A stretch of 64,000 nucleotides of DNA from Candidatus Poribacteria bacterium (GTDB taxonomy: Bacteria > Poribacteria > WGA-4E > UBA9662). The stretch covers positions 64,001 to 128,000 of the forward strand of contig JAYGDX010000068.1 in NCBI GenBank assembly GCA_046582655.1. The letters are read 5' to 3'. Within the stretch, counting starts at the first letter, position 1; the number at the start of each line of letters is the position of its first letter. Positions 60,075-64,000 of this stretch are shown here, piece after piece. The notes beneath the pieces are model-generated. The model saw nothing but the letters and a program-made list of their open reading frames with translations. It was not told where the DNA came from and did no database searches. Both the position numbers and the translations under genes were made by a program.

Positions 60075-62807
60075 ATGAATCGATTTGGTGTCTTTTTACT
60101 ATTGATCGGAGTTTTTTTTCTGTTTATCGTTACAGAAACCTTTTCGGCAGAATCGTCTGATACAGATACTACTGTTGAAGATAGCGAGAAAGTCGTCGAG
60201 ACAGATGATAAAGCCAAAACCAGTTTTGACCTGGAAGAGATCTCTGTAACCGCTTCGCGAAAACCAGAAAAAGTGCTTGAAGCACCCGCTGCGGTTTCGA
60301 TCCTTGATGGTTCTGCAGTGCGGGACAAGGTAGCCGGTACAGTCACGGATCACCTGAAAGCGATACCGGTAGTTGACGTGGTGACTTCCGGTCTGACCCA
60401 ATCCAATGTGGTGGTTCGAGGGTTTAATAACATCTTTTCCGGTTCTTTACTTTCTCTTGTAGACAATCGTATAGCTCGTGTTCCTTCACTTCGCTCTAAT
60501 ACTTACAGTCTGATCCCGACTTCAAACTTGGATATTGAACGCATTGAGGTCGTGTCCGGCCCAGGCTCGGCTTTATATGGTCCCAACAGTGCTAATGGGG
60601 TGATGCACATTCTGACCAAATCACCGTTCGGTTCGGAAGGGACTACAGTTACGCTTGGATCGGGTGAGCGTAGTGTTCTGACTGGGGCTTTGCGACACGC
60701 AGGCAGTTTTGATGACCGCATTGGCTACAAAATTTCAGGCCAGTATTACCGTGGTAATGACTGGGAATCTGAAGATCCAGCGGAGGAAGCATATCTCAAA
60801 AGCTCTGGCAAAACACGTGATTTCAACGTTGATCGTTTGACAGGTGAAGCGCGGCTTGACTTTAATGTTACGGATGAACTAAAGGCAATCTTGAGCAGTG
60901 GGTTCTCGCGCATTAATCAGATTGAGCTTACCGGAGTCGGTTCAGGACAAGGCAAAGGGTGGACTTATAGCTACGCTCAGGGCCGCCTGAACTACAAGGA
61001 CCTGTTTGCTCAAGTTTTTATCAATCAGAGTGATGCTGGCGACACTTTTCTCTTGCGAACAGGTAATCCGATTGTCGACAAATCGAAGCTTTTTGTTGGT
61101 CAGGTTCAGCATGGTCTGTCTATTGGCGATGACCAGCGATTTACCTACGGCTTGGATCTATTACTGACAAGACCAGATACAGAGGGAACCATCACCGGAA
61201 TCAATGAAGACGATGATAATATTAATGAGATTGGCGTATATCTGCAATCTGAAACCAACTTGCCAGCCAACCTGAAATTTGTGGCTGCTGCTCGTATGGA
61301 TCAGCATAGCTATTTGGAAGATCTCGTGTTCTCGCCTCGTGTGGCACTGGTTTATACGCCAGCAATCAACCATAATTTGCGGGCTACCTATAATCGTGCC
61401 TTTAGCACTCCTACTTCCAATACCATTTTCCTGGATCTTGTGGTGCTGGAGGATCTGGGTGGAATTGGAGGAACGTTAGAGCCCGCCTTAGGATTTAATC
61501 CGAAGATCGATGTTCGCGCACAAGGAACAAAAGACGGGTTTAGATTCCAATCCAGTGGTGAAGGCCCACCAAAGTTCCGTTCACCCTATGCGGCTATCTT
61601 AAAAAAGGAACCTGATACCTATTTCGACATGAATGACCCAATAATGACTAACGTCATGTGGGGAGTTGGAAGAAAGGCGGTAATGAGCGGGTTGCTTCCA
61701 ACTCTTGCAGGTCTTATTGAAGGTCAACTTAAGACTCAAGGTTTGCCTGATGCGATTGTTAAGTTGCAGGTCAGTGCCTTATCTCAAGCTTTCCAATCAG
61801 CTATTCCGGAAAAGCTAGGTGGTTTAAAAAATGTGATGCGGACTTTAAATCCGACCACGCAAGGTTTTGAAGATGCTGTCAATCCAACTGATGTTGAACC
61901 GATTAAGCCAACGACAACCCAGACTACGGAATTAGGTTATAAAGGGGTTCTGGCCAATAGACTGGCACTGAGTGTGGACATCTATCAGACCAAAATGAGA
62001 AACTTTGTTGGGCCATTGGTGGTTGAAACGCCCAACGTTTTTCTTGAACCGCAAGTTCTAATTGGGGCGCTGATGAAGAAAATTGGAGCCGCATTAGCCA
62101 AGCCGGAAAATGCCCCGTTAGTCCAAGTGGCGATGGCATTGGATAACCCGGATCTCGTTATCGGTAAGAAAAAGGATGGTACTCCTCTTGCCATGAAGGA
62201 TCTGTTTCCAGACAATCCCGTTCAAAAATTTGGCAACGGAAAAGTTCATGATGAATTAGCTCTGATATTTGCCAATGGAACAGCCCAAAACGGAGCGGTA
62301 TTCATTCCATTCGGTACGGTTACTCCAGAAGGCGTGCATGATCCGAATGCGATTATGCTGACCTACCGAAACTACGGCGATATTTCGCTTTATGGTGCTG
62401 ACGCGCGACTCGATTTTTTCCTAACTGAAAATGTTATCTTAAACGGGAATCTCTCATTTGTCAGCGACGACGAATTTGAGTCGGATGAAAAAACGATCGC
62501 TTTGAACGCTCCCAAAAACAAATTTGGGCTGGGCGTGAAGTATATTAATGCCGATCTGGGATTGAGTTCGCAGCTGCAGTTCCGTTACATAGCTGGATTT
62601 CCGGTTAATTCCGGCGTTTACATCGGAGAAGTTGATCCATATCAACTCATTGACGTGAATTTTGCTTACGATTTGCCTGCGTTCCTGTCAACGCCTCCCA
62701 GGCTTTCGTTGACCATACAAAATCTTCTGAATAATCAGCACCAGGAGTTTGTTGGTGCTCCGGAGATTGGTCGATTGGCCTTGATGCAAATCACACAATC
62801 TTTCTAA
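60075..62807 (+). CDS. TonB-dependent outer-membrane receptor
   Basis: Signal peptide; TonB box LEEISVTASR; plug motif IERIEVVSGPGSALYG; C-terminal NLLN and terminal Phe. Confidence 0.93.
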   Translation: MNRFGVFLLLIGVFFLFIVTETFSAESSDTDTTVEDSEKVVETDDKAKTSFDLEEISVTASRKPEKVLEAPAAVSILDGSAVRDKVAGTVTDHLKAIPVVDVVTSGLTQSNVVVRGFNNIFSGSLLSLVDNRIARVPSLRSNTYSLIPTSNLDIERIEVVSGPGSALYGPNSANGVMHILTKSPFGSEGTTVTLGSGERSVLTGALRHAGSFDDRIGYKISGQYYRGNDWESEDPAEEAYLKSSGKTRDFNVDRLTGEARLDFNVTDELKAILSSGFSRINQIELTGVGSGQGKGWTYSYAQGRLNYKDLFAQVFINQSDAGDTFLLRTGNPIVDKSKLFVGQVQHGLSIGDDQRFTYGLDLLLTRPDTEGTITGINEDDDNINEIGVYLQSETNLPANLKFVAAARMDQHSYLEDLVFSPRVALVYTPAINHNLRATYNRAFSTPTSNTIFLDLVVLEDLGGIGGTLEPALGFNPKIDVRAQGTKDGFRFQSSGEGPPKFRSPYAAILKKEPDTYFDMNDPIMTNVMWGVGRKAVMSGLLPTLAGLIEGQLKTQGLPDAIVKLQVSALSQAFQSAIPEKLGGLKNVMRTLNPTTQGFEDAVNPTDVEPIKPTTTQTTELGYKGVLANRLALSVDIYQTKMRNFVGPLVVETPNVFLEPQVLIGALMKKIGAALAKPENAPLVQVAMALDNPDLVIGKKKDGTPLAMKDLFPDNPVQKFGNGKVHDELALIFANGTAQNGAVFIPFGTVTPEGVHDPNAIMLTYRNYGDISLYGADARLDFFLTENVILNGNLSFVSDDEFESDEKTIALNAPKNKFGLGVKYINADLGLSSQLQFRYIAGFPVNSGVYIGEVDPYQLIDVNFAYDLPAFLSTPPRLSLTIQNLLNNQHQEFVGAPEIGRLALMQITQSF

Positions 62808-62877
62808 GCTGACGAGTTGGAAAAATTTGTTACTATAAGATCATTTTTATATCTATTTATTTGGAAAGGATAACAGT

Positions 62878-63747
62878 ATGAAATTAGGGTTTTTGACCCC
62901 TTACTCAGAAGAGATTGTCCAGTTCGCTGGGGACGATCCGAATTTTGAATGTTTGGAATTTTCGGGGCCTCCGGCTGAATGGGTGGGCGATACAGATGAA
63001 GCAAACGCCGCTCGGGAATCTGCCCTGAAGTTACTGAATACGAATGGATTGAGCATTTCGTCTTTTCTAACCAACTGGCCCTCAATCCGTACATCGTCAG
63101 CAGAACTGCCAGCGTATCTGGATCATTTCAGCAAGGTTTTTGATGTCTGCCAAGCGATGGGGGACAATGTCGTCCTGACAGGTGCTGGGCCAATGGGATA
63201 TGATCCAAGCATTGGTCTTGAAGATAATGTTGCCCGCTATAAAGAGGTCTATACGCCGATTGGCAATTTGGCTGAAGCGAAAGGAGTATTAATCGGTTTT
63301 GAGAACTGGCCGGGTGGTGGCGGACCATTCAGTGATGGCGGAAATCTCTCGGTTACGCCTGAAGCATGGGGTTTGATGTTTGAGGCCGTGCCGTCAAAGG
63401 CAATAGGTTTAGAATTCGACCCATCTCATCTTATCTGGCAGGGAATCGATTCATTCGAGGCGTTCGAAGAATTCTCGGATCGGGTTAATATTCTACACGC
63501 CAAAGATACCGAGATTTTTGAAGACCGTTTAAAACGGGTTGGTGTATTTCGCCGTGGGGGTTGGTGGCGGTATCGATTGCCCGGTTTTGCTGACTTTAAT
63601 TGGCCGCAATTTTTTGCTCTGGTACATGAACATGGGTTTGACGGATCTGTCGTTATTGAGCACGAAGACGCTGTCTTTAGCGGTAATCGGCGGCTTGAAG
63701 GATTCACACGTTGCGGTATATACTTGAGTAACAGTATTCTGGATTAG
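62878..63747 (+). CDS. Sugar-phosphate isomerase/epimerase (xylose-isomerase-like TIM barrel)
   Basis: FENWP, GLEFDPSHL, HAKD and IEHED motifs. Confidence 0.9.
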   Translation: MKLGFLTPYSEEIVQFAGDDPNFECLEFSGPPAEWVGDTDEANAARESALKLLNTNGLSISSFLTNWPSIRTSSAELPAYLDHFSKVFDVCQAMGDNVVLTGAGPMGYDPSIGLEDNVARYKEVYTPIGNLAEAKGVLIGFENWPGGGGPFSDGGNLSVTPEAWGLMFEAVPSKAIGLEFDPSHLIWQGIDSFEAFEEFSDRVNILHAKDTEIFEDRLKRVGVFRRGGWWRYRLPGFADFNWPQFFALVHEHGFDGSVVIEHEDAVFSGNRRLEGFTRCGIYLSNSILD

Positions 63748-63779
63748 CCCTCTGATTTTTTAGGTAAGGGTGTGGTTAC

Positions 63780-64000
63780 CTATTGATTATTTAAGACTAC
63801 ACCTTTTTTTAAAATCAGATTTGCATAAAGTGCAGTCTCGCTAGTTGCAACTACGGCATAAGCGTCCCTGGCGCGAGCGTAAAATGCGTGGCGTTCAATC
63901 GGTGTTAGTTTGACCTGTTCGCCTTCTCCTGCTGCTAGTAGGAGAAGGCGAAATTCCTCCCAGATTAGCGGATCTGATTCTTCTGGCTCAACGGTTGCCA
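63780..64000 (-). CDS. fucU: L-fucose mutarotase (RbsD/FucU family), C-terminal part; not in the ORF track
   Basis: Manual translation gives ...IERHAFYARARDAYAVVATSETALYANLILKKGVVLNNQ*. Confidence 0.88.
   Translation of the reverse strand, partial: ATVEPEESDPLIWEEFRLLLLAAGEGEQVKLTPIERHAFYARARDAYAVVATSETALYANLILKKGVVLNNQ

Noticed and set aside
63766..63810. Rho-independent terminator after the isomerase gene
   Set aside because: The stem is weak with a long loop, and the right arm and T-run are simply fucU codons (LKKGVV) on the other strand.
1..64000. CRISPR arrays, tRNA/rRNA, transposases, integrases, and the many short antisense or overlapping ORFs
   Set aside because: No repeat-spacer periodicity or RNA-gene or recombinase motifs were seen. 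The short ORFs shadow well-supported genes.

Overview
A moderately AT-rich chromosomal window from a diderm bacterium. Secreted LamG proteins ending in a [AS/P]V-x-[PS]-x-[GD]KL-x-T-x-WG-x-[LV]K tail, together with HEAT-repeat, FGE-family, sulfatase and DUF4159 genes, suggest Candidatus Poribacteria; this is recognition from memory, not a search result. In order, the window holds: a sulfatase, a metallophosphoesterase-propeller fusion and a sugar ABC transporter (0-8 kb); an eroding 8-16 kb zone with four broken genes; aroA, moaE and an SRAP gene; an unusual DUF4159 protein whose N-terminus resembles domain I of the beta sliding clamp, followed by a TonB-type anchor; vWA, PorV-like, TPR and Wza-like genes; mutS; a four-gene operon of two cytoplasmic beta-gamma-crystallin proteins, a repeat-expanded flotillin and a Zn-finger protein with an inserted LamG domain (best candidate for an undescribed system); an 11-subunit complex I operon (nuoABCDHIJKLMN, no nuoEFG) with an insertion in NuoI; a split DUF6178-like gene pair; lptFG plus a methyltransferase; an AGCS symporter; a TonB-dependent receptor; a sugar isomerase; and the 3' end of fucU. 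I saw no rRNA, tRNA, CRISPR array or transposase. All family calls come from motifs read by eye.
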